DNA of 64,000 nucleotides, from NCBI GenBank assembly GCA_034520965.1, contig JAXHMY010000001.1:288001-352000 (forward strand), read 5' to 3'. Below the pieces are notes generated by a model. The model had not been told where the DNA came from and did not search any database. It worked only from the letters and a program-made list of their open reading frames with translations. This stretch comes from Spirochaetia bacterium. Lineage in GTDB: Bacteria; Spirochaetota; Spirochaetia; DSM-16054; Sediminispirochaetaceae. The position numbers and the translations under genes are program-made. This document shows positions 63,811 to 64,000 of this stretch, one piece after another (position 1 is the first letter of the stretch; each line of letters starts with the position of its first letter).

Positions 63811-64000
63811 ATGCTGTTAGGAGAAATTAAGCATTCTATAACAAAACTCAAAGGCATCGGCCCGCGCACCGCCGCACAGCTCGCGGCACTTGATATCATG
63901 TCCGTCGCCGACCTCCTGCTGCATGTGCCACGGGACTATGAAGATCGCTCCCGTATAGTACCTCTAAAGGAGGGGTATCAGGAGGCGACAGTTAATACAC
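63811..64000 (+). CDS. recG: RecG helicase N-terminus (partial, runs off the window)
   Basis: LKGIGPRTAAQL..VADLLLHVPRDYEDRS. Confidence 0.85.
   Translation, partial: MLLGEIKHSITKLKGIGPRTAAQLAALDIMSVADLLLHVPRDYEDRSRIVPLKEGYQEATVNT

Overview
A 64 kb core-chromosome segment of a bacterium, most likely a free-living spirochaete (inferred from gene content such as PEGA, SPOR and FliG-like proteins). It holds about 60 CDS. DNA metabolism: sbcB, recQ, xseAB, ligA, dnaE and a partial recG. Transport: a sugar ABC/GH3/DUF2264 locus under a GntR-LacI regulator, an NfeD-SPFH-SPFH-antiporter operon, ChrA halves and a MacAB-TolC-type pump. RNA/translation: prfC, two RRM genes, SUI1, YwbE and an NYN-LOTUS protein. 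The right end carries a LoaP-like/dehydratase/DegT operon that runs into a degenerate xanthine-dehydrogenase-like trio. Six genes are split by 1-2 nt indels or a single stop codon, probably assembly errors. Main finds: (1) two intergenic copies of a MITE-like element (37605-37779, 52805-52946) with CAGCAATTC-type terminal inverted repeats, exact 9-bp target duplications and internal hairpins that co-vary between copies; (2) an XDH-like complex whose Moco-contact motifs are eroded in two subunits; (3) a recurring leaderless-promoter signature; (4) an atypical class III nucleotide cyclase. No rRNA, tRNA, CRISPR array or transposase was seen. All calls are by eye, without database searches.
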